From a virus: 36,110 nucleotides of DNA. This document shows positions 28,924 through 36,046 of this stretch, one piece after another. Every line of letters begins with the position of its first letter. Positions within the stretch are counted from its first letter, which is position 1. The stretch is from positions 1 to 36,110 of IMG/VR virus record IMGVR_UViG_2681812966_000001, one strand, 5' to 3'. The translations under genes and the position numbers were made by a program. The notes beneath the pieces are model-generated. The model saw nothing but the letters and a program-made list of their open reading frames with translations, was not told where the DNA came from and searched no databases.

Positions 28924-29040
28924 TCAACACCATTCTCCATTATCAACTCTAATTTCAATATCAAGTTTCATACATTCTGATTCTTCAAAATCTACTACGC
29001 TTTGACTTAAAATTTTACCAATATCTTTAACTCCATTCAT
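28924..29040 (-). CDS. 38-aa hypothetical microprotein
   Basis: MNGVKDIGKILSQSVVDFEESECMKLDIEIRVDNGEWC; ATGA-coupled to HNH gene. Confidence 0.4.
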   Translation of the reverse strand: MNGVKDIGKILSQSVVDFEESECMKLDIEIRVDNGEWC

Positions 29041-29450
29041 ATTTGATTCCACCTTAAATTCCTATACTTCAAATACTGAAAAACAGGGACAGCTTGAGTA
29101 TAACCTAACTCCTCAGCAATACTACTCATAGTACGCCCCTTATTCTTCTCAGCAGACAAAAAATTTATCCCTCCTGCTTCATCAATACGACCTTTATTCC
29201 AACGTGGATGATTACAACCACGCATATGCAACCGATGATGATTACTCTTAGACAATAATATCAGATTATTAATATCATAATTCGCCTTATTATTATCAAG
29301 ATGATGCACCACAAAACCCTCTGGGATAGGTCCTCTTTCTTTCTCATAAACTAAACGATGCAAGAGCTTACCTTTATAAATTCCAGATGTGATTTGATAA
29401 TAACCATCACGTCTTTTATAAGCATTACCAAATCTTGTTTTAATTCCCAT
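29037..29450 (-). CDS. HNH endonuclease
   Basis: LHRLVY..GPIPEGFVVHHLDNNKANYDINNLILLSKSNHHRLH (HNH_3-type); possible C-terminal HTH. Start at 29450 follows an AAGGTG RBS. Confidence 0.9.
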   Translation of the reverse strand: MGIKTRFGNAYKRRDGYYQITSGIYKGKLLHRLVYEKERGPIPEGFVVHHLDNNKANYDINNLILLSKSNHHRLHMRGCNHPRWNKGRIDEAGGINFLSAEKNKGRTMSSIAEELGYTQAVPVFQYLKYRNLRWNQI

Positions 29451-29544
29451 ATATAACACCTTATAACACTGTTATATTATATCATATATATAAAAAAAAT
29501 ATTTATATATAATAATATAATAATAAATAAAAATTAAAAAAAAT

Positions 29545-29637
29545 AAAAAAAGTGAGCAAATGTAAATCTAAACTATTACATATGCTAACATATGTAACAT
29601 ATGCTAACATATGTACCACATATGACTCACTTTTTTT
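29545..29637. repeat. Five CATATG palindromes enclosed by a 12-bp inverted repeat
   Basis: CATATG at 29579, 29589, 29598, 29608, 29619; AAAAAAAGTGAG (29545-29556) / CTCACTTTTTTT (29626-29637). Confidence 0.92.
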
Positions 29638-29654
29638 TACACTTGAAATACAAC

Positions 29655-30068
29655 CTATTTGGGAACCTCCATAAAATTAACAACATTCAAACCTAATTCC
29701 CTACAATGCTCTTCAAGCTCCAAAGCAGGAACATCATTTTTTCGAGCAATATTCCTAATTTGGTTACGGCCAATGCACCCCAAGTTTTTATGCAACCTAT
29801 TCAAACTAACCATACATTCATCAAACAAATTTGCAGCTTCAAGTTTCTCTTTCTTAGCTTTACGGATTTGACAAAGTTTGTCCTTAGCAACATTTATCTG
29901 ATTATCTAAACGTTCTATCTTTTGAATTATTTTAGCTTCTTCATCTTCAATGTTCAGTACAATATCTATTTGTCTTTCAATCCAAGCACTTCTAGATCCA
30001 TTAACTATATGTGTTAATGCTTCCCACTTGTTATCATCAATTGTTATGCAGTGATTACCTTTACCCAT
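29655..30068 (-). CDS. Putative ribbon-helix-helix + coiled-coil DNA-binding protein
   Basis: HCITIDDNKWEAL..SRSAWIERQI fits an RHH pattern, followed by a coiled coil. Confidence 0.55.
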   Translation of the reverse strand: MGKGNHCITIDDNKWEALTHIVNGSRSAWIERQIDIVLNIEDEEAKIIQKIERLDNQINVAKDKLCQIRKAKKEKLEAANLFDECMVSLNRLHKNLGCIGRNQIRNIARKNDVPALELEEHCRELGLNVVNFMEVPK

Positions 30069-30309
30069 CTATAAAACACCTCCTAATTTTAAGAGCATGT
30101 TTTATGTGTTTGCAGTGATGAGTTGTATCATCTATTTTTGCACCACCAAAAACTTCTGTTTGTAATCTGTACTGAAAGTGAGGACAAGTACAATAAACAG
30201 TACCCTCTTCCTCATCTATTGTTACTAAATATTCACTATGATTCTCATCATTATAACTTAAGAAATCATTATATTCCTTACTTTGAAAAATAGGAATAGA
30301 GGTAATCAA
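30061..30309 (-). CDS. SWIM zinc-finger protein
   Basis: YLVTI..YCTCPHF..CKHI. Confidence 0.85.
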   Translation of the reverse strand: MITSIPIFQSKEYNDFLSYNDENHSEYLVTIDEEEGTVYCTCPHFQYRLQTEVFGGAKIDDTTHHCKHIKHALKIRRCFIDG

Positions 30310-30449
30310 TAAATCACCCCCTCATCATCCTCTCCTAGTTGAGGTCTGTACCCATCTGCATTTTCTTCACAACAATAACAATAAGTGATTATATTGTCCT
30401 CATCAGTTTCAAAATCTGCAGAACCACACAAAGGACAAAGGAATATCAT
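30306..30449 (-). CDS. 47-aa zinc-ribbon microprotein (not in ORF track)
   Basis: MIFLCPLCGSADFETDEDNIITYCYCCEENADG..; GGAGG RBS; stop overlaps the TTG start of the SWIM gene. Confidence 0.72.
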   Translation of the reverse strand: MIFLCPLCGSADFETDEDNIITYCYCCEENADGYRPQLGEDDEGVIY

Positions 30450-30453
30450 TATA

Positions 30454-31230
30454 CTATCCCTCCTCCTCATCTATTTTTTCAGGACAATTAGCATCAATAA
30501 ATGCTAAAATATCCTCCAAATATTCCTCAGCTATTTCACCACGCTTGACACAACCCTTAGCTTTAAGAGTCATAAGATGTCGGATTGGTTTATGCCCTCC
30601 AATTATAACCTGTTTAGCTATAGATTTAACATAGTTGTTAATAACAGGTTTTGAGTCATCTTCCTCTAATTTATCAGCAGTAGTAAAACCAGACTCAGCA
30701 ACATGAGCCTCAGCTTCAATCAAATCAACATCATTAGATTTGACTTTTTCCCCATTATGAAAATTAGGGTCCAATTCTTCAGCACTAACCTCACCAGCAC
30801 CAATAAGCTCACTAATAGCACGATTAGTCGCCCTAGTCTTTGCAGTACTACGAATAGTATGGCTAGTAGCCTCACCTTTTCCTTTTTCATGCCTACTACA
30901 ACTACCATCAGATTCAACTGTTCTACCATTCGGTAGTGTTGCACGGATACAGTAGTAAGCTTCCCTTGTTTCACCAGTCTTAGTTAATACGAATTCCTTA
31001 CCAATTATCTCCGTATTAACATTGAATGCCCGACCCAATTTAGCCCAAGCACTCTTCTTAGGAAATTTCTTAAAAATAAATCCGTCTTTTGTTTTTTGCC
31101 TATACTCCTGATAATCGGAGTCATTAAGCAATTCTTTACATAATTGTTGATATGCTTTCCATTCTGCCTTAGCAGATTCCACATCAACAACCTTATTAAT
31201 CCCTTCTTGATTTACTACTTCATTAGCCAT
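30454..31230 (-). CDS. Single-strand annealing protein (Rad52/Red-beta-like superfamily)
   Basis: KKSAWAKLGRAFNV, IRATLPNGRTVESDGSCS, STAKTRATNRAISELIGAGEVSAEEL; acidic tail. Start 31230 after AAGGTAGG. Confidence 0.6.
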   Translation of the reverse strand: MANEVVNQEGINKVVDVESAKAEWKAYQQLCKELLNDSDYQEYRQKTKDGFIFKKFPKKSAWAKLGRAFNVNTEIIGKEFVLTKTGETREAYYCIRATLPNGRTVESDGSCSRHEKGKGEATSHTIRSTAKTRATNRAISELIGAGEVSAEELDPNFHNGEKVKSNDVDLIEAEAHVAESGFTTADKLEEDDSKPVINNYVKSIAKQVIIGGHKPIRHLMTLKAKGCVKRGEIAEEYLEDILAFIDANCPEKIDEEEG

Positions 31231-31246
31231 AATTCCTACCTTCTTT

Positions 31247-31411
31247 TTATAAATATCCGTATGTAGGCCCTTTAAAAAGGAAACAAAGACCAATAAAAAT
31301 AAGCATTGAAAAGAGAATAACAGTTATAACTGATATTCTAATTATAATATCCTGTTGAAAAATAGATTCAGCAGGATTAACCCTACCCAACCTTGCAGGC
31401 TTAGGCTTCAA
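31247..31411 (-). CDS. 54-aa single-pass membrane microprotein (not in ORF track)
   Basis: TTG start after GGGAGGAG, overlapping upstream stop; IIIRISVITVILFSMLIFIGLCFLF transmembrane segment. Confidence 0.6.
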   Translation of the reverse strand: MKPKPARLGRVNPAESIFQQDIIIRISVITVILFSMLIFIGLCFLFKGPTYGYL

Positions 31412-31599
31412 GGTAACTCCTCCCTTTTCAAACCAATACTAAAGAGCATCTCCTCCTCCTCAGTACTATAATGTTCCTCTGCAAGATACACAACATAATC
31501 ATGATCGAAATCATGAAGATGTTGATCCTCATCAACATAAGGTATTTCAGGTTCATTACATAATTCCTGAAAATTTATATGTCTGATTTCTGAACTCAT
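31408..31599 (-). CDS. Small acidic hypothetical protein
   Basis: GAGGTGG RBS; ATGA coupling. Confidence 0.7.
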   Translation of the reverse strand: MSSEIRHINFQELCNEPEIPYVDEDQHLHDFDHDYVVYLAEEHYSTEEEEMLFSIGLKREELP

Positions 31600-31745
31600 G
31601 ATTCCACCTCTTCTAAATCAGAAGTGGTGTTCTGAAACCTGTTTTGCTGGGTTATTCGCCTTAGTGCAGCGAGTGCAGCTAAGGCATTTTCATAGTCCGC
31701 ATGCTCCTCATGTGTAAGGAGCACTCCATCTTTTAATTCTTTCAT
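31596..31745 (-). CDS. 49-aa first gene of leftward early operon (not in ORF track)
   Basis: MKELKDGVLLTHEEHADYENALAALAALRRITQQNRFQNTTSDLEEVES; stop overlaps next ATG. Confidence 0.65.
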   Translation of the reverse strand: MKELKDGVLLTHEEHADYENALAALAALRRITQQNRFQNTTSDLEEVES

Positions 31746-31829
31746 TTTTTTTTCACTGTCCTAGGTTTTTTATGCAGTTGCAGCTGCATTTTTTATAACC
31801 TTTTTTTTATATTATTTATTATGTTTTTT

Positions 31830-31842
31830 ATAGTATATAAAT
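31830..31842 (-). promoter_or_regulatory. TATA-box promoter of leftward early operon (ATTTATATACTAT)
   Basis: Methanogen-type TTTATATA; identical 13-mer at 36047-36059. Confidence 0.6.
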
Positions 31843-31930
31843 GTATATCTTTTTTAGTGTATACTATAATGTATAAATATATATATTATTTAATACATAT
31901 ATATAAATAAGAAAAAATAAAAAGGAAGTT

Positions 31931-32113
31931 ATGGTAATGGTAAAGTATACATCTAAAATAAGCAAAGGAAGTAGTGAAAGAGATTCTGCAAGATTAATAA
32001 TCCCGCAAGGGATTAGAAAATTATTAGAAATTGATCCTGGAGATTCTATTGATTGGATTGTGAATATTGATGATAAAGGTATTAAAGTTTCAGTGCAAAA
32101 AGCTTCAGTATAA
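31931..32113 (+). CDS. AbrB/MazE/SpoVT-type transcription regulator
   Basis: SKISK..ARLIIPQGIRKLLEIDPGDSIDW; only credible plus-strand gene, divergent from early operon. Confidence 0.9.
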   Translation: MVMVKYTSKISKGSSERDSARLIIPQGIRKLLEIDPGDSIDWIVNIDDKGIKVSVQKASV

Positions 32114-32349
32114 TTTTTATAATAGTTTATATTTTTTTTAAAAAAAGTTTTGTTCGTATTAATTAGAACTTTTGAAAATTTGTTGAAAGCTAACGCTAAA
32201 GCTGTTATTTCCTCTGAATCAAACACATTACAATTTATACCTTGTTCTAAACAATCAAAACGACTTATTAAAGTAAAGTATAAATATAAATAATAATCAT
32301 ATATATTATTGTCGCAGATACTAATATTAATCACTGTCCTAGGTGCTTA

Positions 32350-32469
32350 CTATTTTTTCATCTGTTCGACCTGGTTGATGGTTATTAATAAGTCTGTTGC
32401 AGCAGCAATTAATAACCACTTGAAACCAGTACTACCAAAAAATATAATAAACCAAAAAAAATAATTCAT
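32350..32469 (-). CDS. 39-aa hydrophobic microprotein (not in ORF track)
   Basis: MNYFFWFIIFFGSTGFKWLLIAAATDLLITINQVEQMKK. Confidence 0.35.
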   Translation of the reverse strand: MNYFFWFIIFFGSTGFKWLLIAAATDLLITINQVEQMKK

Positions 32470-32886
32470 TATATTAAATACTATTTTTGTCTTTTTAAAT
32501 ATATAAAATACATACCTTCTTTTTTACTACCATATTATCATTTTTGAAGAATATTCAAAGTATGATTCTACTAAACCTATTTTTACAATATGTATTAAAT
32601 CCTTTTTATGATAATGAGAGCATTTGAAAACTATTAAAGTCAAGTGTTTCAAGTGTAAATCGTTCACCAAAAACACCAAATTATTAAACAATTCAAACCA
32701 TGAAAATAGAAAACCCATAGGTTTTATTTTTTAATGTTCAACATTTAAGCATCCATTGTTGAACAGTCATGCAAAAAATGGGGAAATAGCAAGTTTCTAT
32801 AATATGAAAACTATATTATAAAAAAAATTGTTAAAAAAAAGAGCTAATAATGCTTTAAAAAAGAATCCAAAAACAATTAAGGTTTA

Positions 32887-32901
32887 TTAAGGAATCCTTA
32901 A
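32887..32901. terminator. Hairpin TTAAGGA-A-TCCTTAA within T/A tracts
   Basis: About 85 bp downstream of 32986 stop; imperfect outer GGTTT/AAACC arms. Confidence 0.4.
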
Positions 32902-32985
32902 AAAAACCTAAAAATATGAAAAAAGAGAAAATAATAAAAAAATAATAAAATTTTAAATAAATAATTAATTAAATAATTTTAATTA

Positions 32986-33414
32986 TTATGCTTCTACCAA
33001 TTCACCACCTTGTATCTTCAAATACTCCCCCTCTTTAACAGTAACATAAACAGTAGCACCCTTCTCAGAAGTTGCCTCATTACTAATAATACTCTCCAAC
33101 TTCATGGAAGAATCAGAAGATCTTTCAACATAACCTCCAAATTCAGAAGTTTGTGTGAACTTATATTCTCCTGCTGGTAAATCAGAACCTACTTTATAAG
33201 TTCCTTCAGTGAAAACTTTATCAGCATCACTAGTATTTGAATCATCATTACTAGTTACATCATTTGCATTATTTGTTATTGTTGAAGTATTCTTATCAGG
33301 AGAAAAACCCCCAATTAATGCACCTGCAACAATAATTCCTATACAACAAACTGCTACTATTGAAAGTACTTTTTTTGTTGTACTCCATTCTTTCCAATCA
33401 TCTATAAAACTCAA
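32986..33414 (-). CDS. Membrane-anchored extracellular protein
   Basis: DDWKEWSTTKK + TM with CCIG; GTYKVGSDLPAGEYKF beta-domain; TTG start at 33414 after GGAGG. Confidence 0.8.
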   Translation of the reverse strand: MSFIDDWKEWSTTKKVLSIVAVCCIGIIVAGALIGGFSPDKNTSTITNNANDVTSNDDSNTSDADKVFTEGTYKVGSDLPAGEYKFTQTSEFGGYVERSSDSSMKLESIISNEATSEKGATVYVTVKEGEYLKIQGGELVEA

Positions 33415-33415
33415 C

Positions 33416-33615
33416 TTAAAAACCTCCAAATTTAAGATATATGAAGTATTTTAAGGCTTTTATTAATATTCCTAACCCTAAACCTCCAAATAAACCAGTA
33501 AGGAATCTTAACCAATTATTACTTAACCTACACCCATATAATTGTGTTAATCCATCAACAAATGCAGGAATAATAATATTGGTTTCCTATGACAAAAAAG
33601 GTTTAAAATATTCAT
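33416..33615 (-). pseudogene. DUF2085-type membrane protein remnant with internal deletion and frameshift
   Basis: MNILNLFCHRKP joined out of frame to IIIPAFVDGLTQLYGCRLSNNWLRFLTGLFGGLGLG..; the central CARC-containing part typical of DUF2085 is missing. Confidence 0.75.
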
Positions 33616-33683
33616 ATCATAAACACCTTAAAAAAACATACTTCTATTTAATAATTATTATATTATGTTAATAATATAATTTA

Positions 33684-34214
33684 TTATTTATTTATTCTCT
33701 CCCTATATGCTTTCATAACCTCTCTAAATTTCTCTGACTTGTTTTCTCCAGGAACATTTTCTAAATGCTCCATCATAGATAATGAAGTCTTAATATTCAA
33801 TTTCTCGGTTTTGAATGTATAATCCTCTATCTTATCATGATATAGAATGAAAATATAATCAAATAATTCCTTCATAACCTCCTTCTCAGAAAGCCCTGAA
33901 TGATTCAATTCTGACAATGCATCCATGCATTTATCAAATATTTCCTCCTCCTTATAGTAAACTTCAGTACTACAAGAATAACCCATTCCTCCGAATATAC
34001 TACTACACATATAACCAAAACTTAATTGTTCGGAATGGGTTAAACCATGTTCATACCCATATTTCTGAGCATAAACATTCCACAAACTAGAAACATCCTC
34101 ATTATAATAAGGTATTCCTCTTTCTTTTGCATATTCTTCTAATTCTTCATAATTTATTGAAGAATCAATATTTTCTAATTCCTTGTTTTTAAAAAACATA
34201 ATATTAACCACCAA
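33684..34214 (-). CDS. Acidic hypothetical protein with possible C-terminal RHH DNA-binding motif
   Basis: KLNIKTSLSMMEHLENVPGENKSEKFREVMKAY resembles RHH. Confidence 0.7.
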   Translation of the reverse strand: MVVNIMFFKNKELENIDSSINYEELEEYAKERGIPYYNEDVSSLWNVYAQKYGYEHGLTHSEQLSFGYMCSSIFGGMGYSCSTEVYYKEEEIFDKCMDALSELNHSGLSEKEVMKELFDYIFILYHDKIEDYTFKTEKLNIKTSLSMMEHLENVPGENKSEKFREVMKAYRERINK

Positions 34215-34218
34215 AAAA

Positions 34219-34252
34219 AATAAGAAAGGATCTAATTAGATCCTTTCTTATT
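34219..34252. terminator. Perfect 34-bp palindrome (terminator hairpin or operator)
   Basis: AATAAGAAAGGATCTAA/TTAGATCCTTTCTTATT, followed on the minus strand by a T run. Confidence 0.6.
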
Positions 34253-34264
34253 AAAATTTTAAAA

Positions 34265-35056
34265 TCATCTCCTTTTTATATCCTCAATAATCATTTCATT
34301 TAGCTCTTTTTCACAAATATTGTTTATCTCTTCAAGAGAGTAACATTCAAGAATTTGCTCATAATTATTTGCAGCATCCCTGATGTATGATTCATCACAG
34401 TTTTTCATAAGCTCCTGTTTTATGAGGTCCTGATAATTAGTGTAAACCTCTTTGTCTATTATCTTTTGTCTTACAAATATTTTCTCTGCATCTTCAAGCA
34501 TTTCTTTTATAACTGGTTCTTTCTGTTCAAAGTCATAGTTTTCATCAAACCAATCATAATCAACTTCTCGGATAATAACGTTTTCACCATATTTGCAAAT
34601 ATAATTTCCTTCCCCACTCCAGGTTGCATCAATATCTTCTGCTAGTTCATCTAGCAAATCATTATCAAGGACAGTATCTGCAAACTTGAATGTGAGTTTT
34701 GCATTAAGCAATACATTATCTTCTGAATATTTTTTGACTTCATCAATGTTCATTTCTAATTGTGTTCCTCCATTGATAAGGAGAGTATAACTCTCCCTAT
34801 CAATAGTAATGGATTCTTCTGCAAAATTTGTTAAAAATTTAACAAATTCGTAATCTTCCATAAAAGCTATTTCCAATTTCTCAATATCTTCTTCCTGCCC
34901 CTCAAAGTAAGCACTATCTAAATGGCTTTGAGGTTGATTCATATCATCATAGAATTTTATACCATTATCATCATCATATAATTCATCCACGTAAGCATAG
35001 CCAGCAAAACTAGCTGTACCATACATACATTCAAATTCAATGATATCAGGACTCAT
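34265..35056 (-). CDS. Highly acidic hypothetical protein; candidate anti-defence factor
   Basis: 263 aa D/E-rich; ATGA-coupled to the AcrIII-1 fusion gene. Confidence 0.8.
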   Translation of the reverse strand: MSPDIIEFECMYGTASFAGYAYVDELYDDDNGIKFYDDMNQPQSHLDSAYFEGQEEDIEKLEIAFMEDYEFVKFLTNFAEESITIDRESYTLLINGGTQLEMNIDEVKKYSEDNVLLNAKLTFKFADTVLDNDLLDELAEDIDATWSGEGNYICKYGENVIIREVDYDWFDENYDFEQKEPVIKEMLEDAEKIFVRQKIIDKEVYTNYQDLIKQELMKNCDESYIRDAANNYEQILECYSLEEINNICEKELNEMIIEDIKRR

Positions 35057-35976
35057 AAAGAAGCCCCCTTTCCTTCCTTAACCTCCACTTTTAATGGAAC
35101 TAAAGTAGCTCCATCTGGGAGTACAGTAGCTCCCTCTTCAAGTCTAGGCCCAGTGTACTGTGCGATATACACAGTATCACCTGGTTTGACATGAATAGTA
35201 ATCCTATTCATGTCTAATCCTACCATATGAGCCACGTCAGCGTGGCCCATAAAATTAACGAAGTCCTTATTTTCAAGGACTTCGTCAAACTCTTCCCAAG
35301 AAATTTGCTGAGAAGAGATGTCCACATTCGGGTTATCTAAGAACCCGAATGTGAATACATTGCCTACATAAACTGTAGGCTCTGTTGATGATGAGTCATC
35401 GTCTGACTCATCAACTTCTAAAGAGAGTTTTTCCTCTCTCACGATAAAATCAGTGAGAGAGATTAACTCTCTTTCCCTGTTGAGATGTATATCATACATC
35501 TCAGCGAGTTTAAAAAACTCGCTTCCAACAGCTTCCTTAACTCTTAAGACCTTAAGGAAACAGTTTAAAATATTTTCTTCTGTTACTCTATCCTTCAAAA
35601 AGGAATAGTAACAGAAGAAAATATCACTATTATAGCACATTTCTGTACTATAATAGCAAATTTCTTTTCTGATATCCGGCTTCACCCCTTCGATGAAGTC
35701 GTCTTCACAGAGTTCTGTAAAGAACTCTGATTCGTCTTCAACTTTTGCAAGTTGAAGAAGATCATAGTGTTCACAATGGTGAACACATTCCTCAAGTGCA
35801 TAGTTAATAAACCATGCACGAGGATTTTTGATTTCTCCTCCTTTATCGAAAGAGAAATCAAATCCCTCAAATTCAACGTCAAATACGGTGTGGACGTAAC
35901 CGTCCACATCGTCTTCTTTACCGAAGAAGCTGTCTCCAGCTTCTTCAATAATTTTATGATTTTTGATATTTAACAT
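35053..35976 (-). CDS. acrIII-1: Fusion protein: unknown acidic N-terminal domain + AcrIII-1 (DUF1874/STIV B116) cA4 ring nuclease
   Basis: aa 201-300: VYVGNVF..F, ISWEEF, NFMGH, NRITI, GDTVYIAQ, RLEEG occur in the same order as the SIRV1 gp29 motifs (VYLANAFS, SIGH, NRVEI, RLEEG); His245 codon at 35242-35244. Confidence 0.85.
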   Translation of the reverse strand: MLNIKNHKIIEEAGDSFFGKEDDVDGYVHTVFDVEFEGFDFSFDKGGEIKNPRAWFINYALEECVHHCEHYDLLQLAKVEDESEFFTELCEDDFIEGVKPDIRKEICYYSTEMCYNSDIFFCYYSFLKDRVTEENILNCFLKVLRVKEAVGSEFFKLAEMYDIHLNRERELISLTDFIVREEKLSLEVDESDDDSSSTEPTVYVGNVFTFGFLDNPNVDISSQQISWEEFDEVLENKDFVNFMGHADVAHMVGLDMNRITIHVKPGDTVYIAQYTGPRLEEGATVLPDGATLVPLKVEVKEGKGASL

Positions 35977-36046
35977 CCTTTATCACCTTTATCAGATTTT
36001 AAAAAAACTATTTTTTTATCTTTTTGTAATACTATATTTAGTGTTA

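Noticed and set aside
29545-29637. CATATG array as a CRISPR or mini-CRISPR array
   Set aside because: Units are only 9-11 bp with no unique spacers.
31321-31377. Hairpins suggesting a structured ncRNA before the SSAP gene
   Set aside because: The region is better explained by a 54-aa membrane ORF (31247..31411) with an RBS and stop/start overlap.
31931-32113. AbrB/MazE antitoxin of a toxin-antitoxin pair
   Set aside because: No downstream toxin ORF on the same strand.
31864-32334. 156-aa minus-strand ORF overlapping the AbrB gene
   Set aside because: Its C-terminal half is antisense to AbrB and runs into AT-rich promoter DNA. The first ~70 codons might be a real gene that lost its stop, but this is unsupported.
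32735-32765. 9-bp inverted repeat TGTTCAACA/TGTTGAACA as an att or recombination site
   Set aside because: Short, no recombinase in the window and no second copy found.
33441-33671. 76-aa plus-strand ORF
   Set aside because: Antisense shadow of the DUF2085 remnant.
380-35973. Numerous plus-strand and alternative-frame ORFs in the track (e.g. 14208..14690, 16321..16728, 24020..24319, 27034..27348, 35752..35973)
   Set aside because: Fully overlapped by well-supported minus-strand genes; shadow ORFs.
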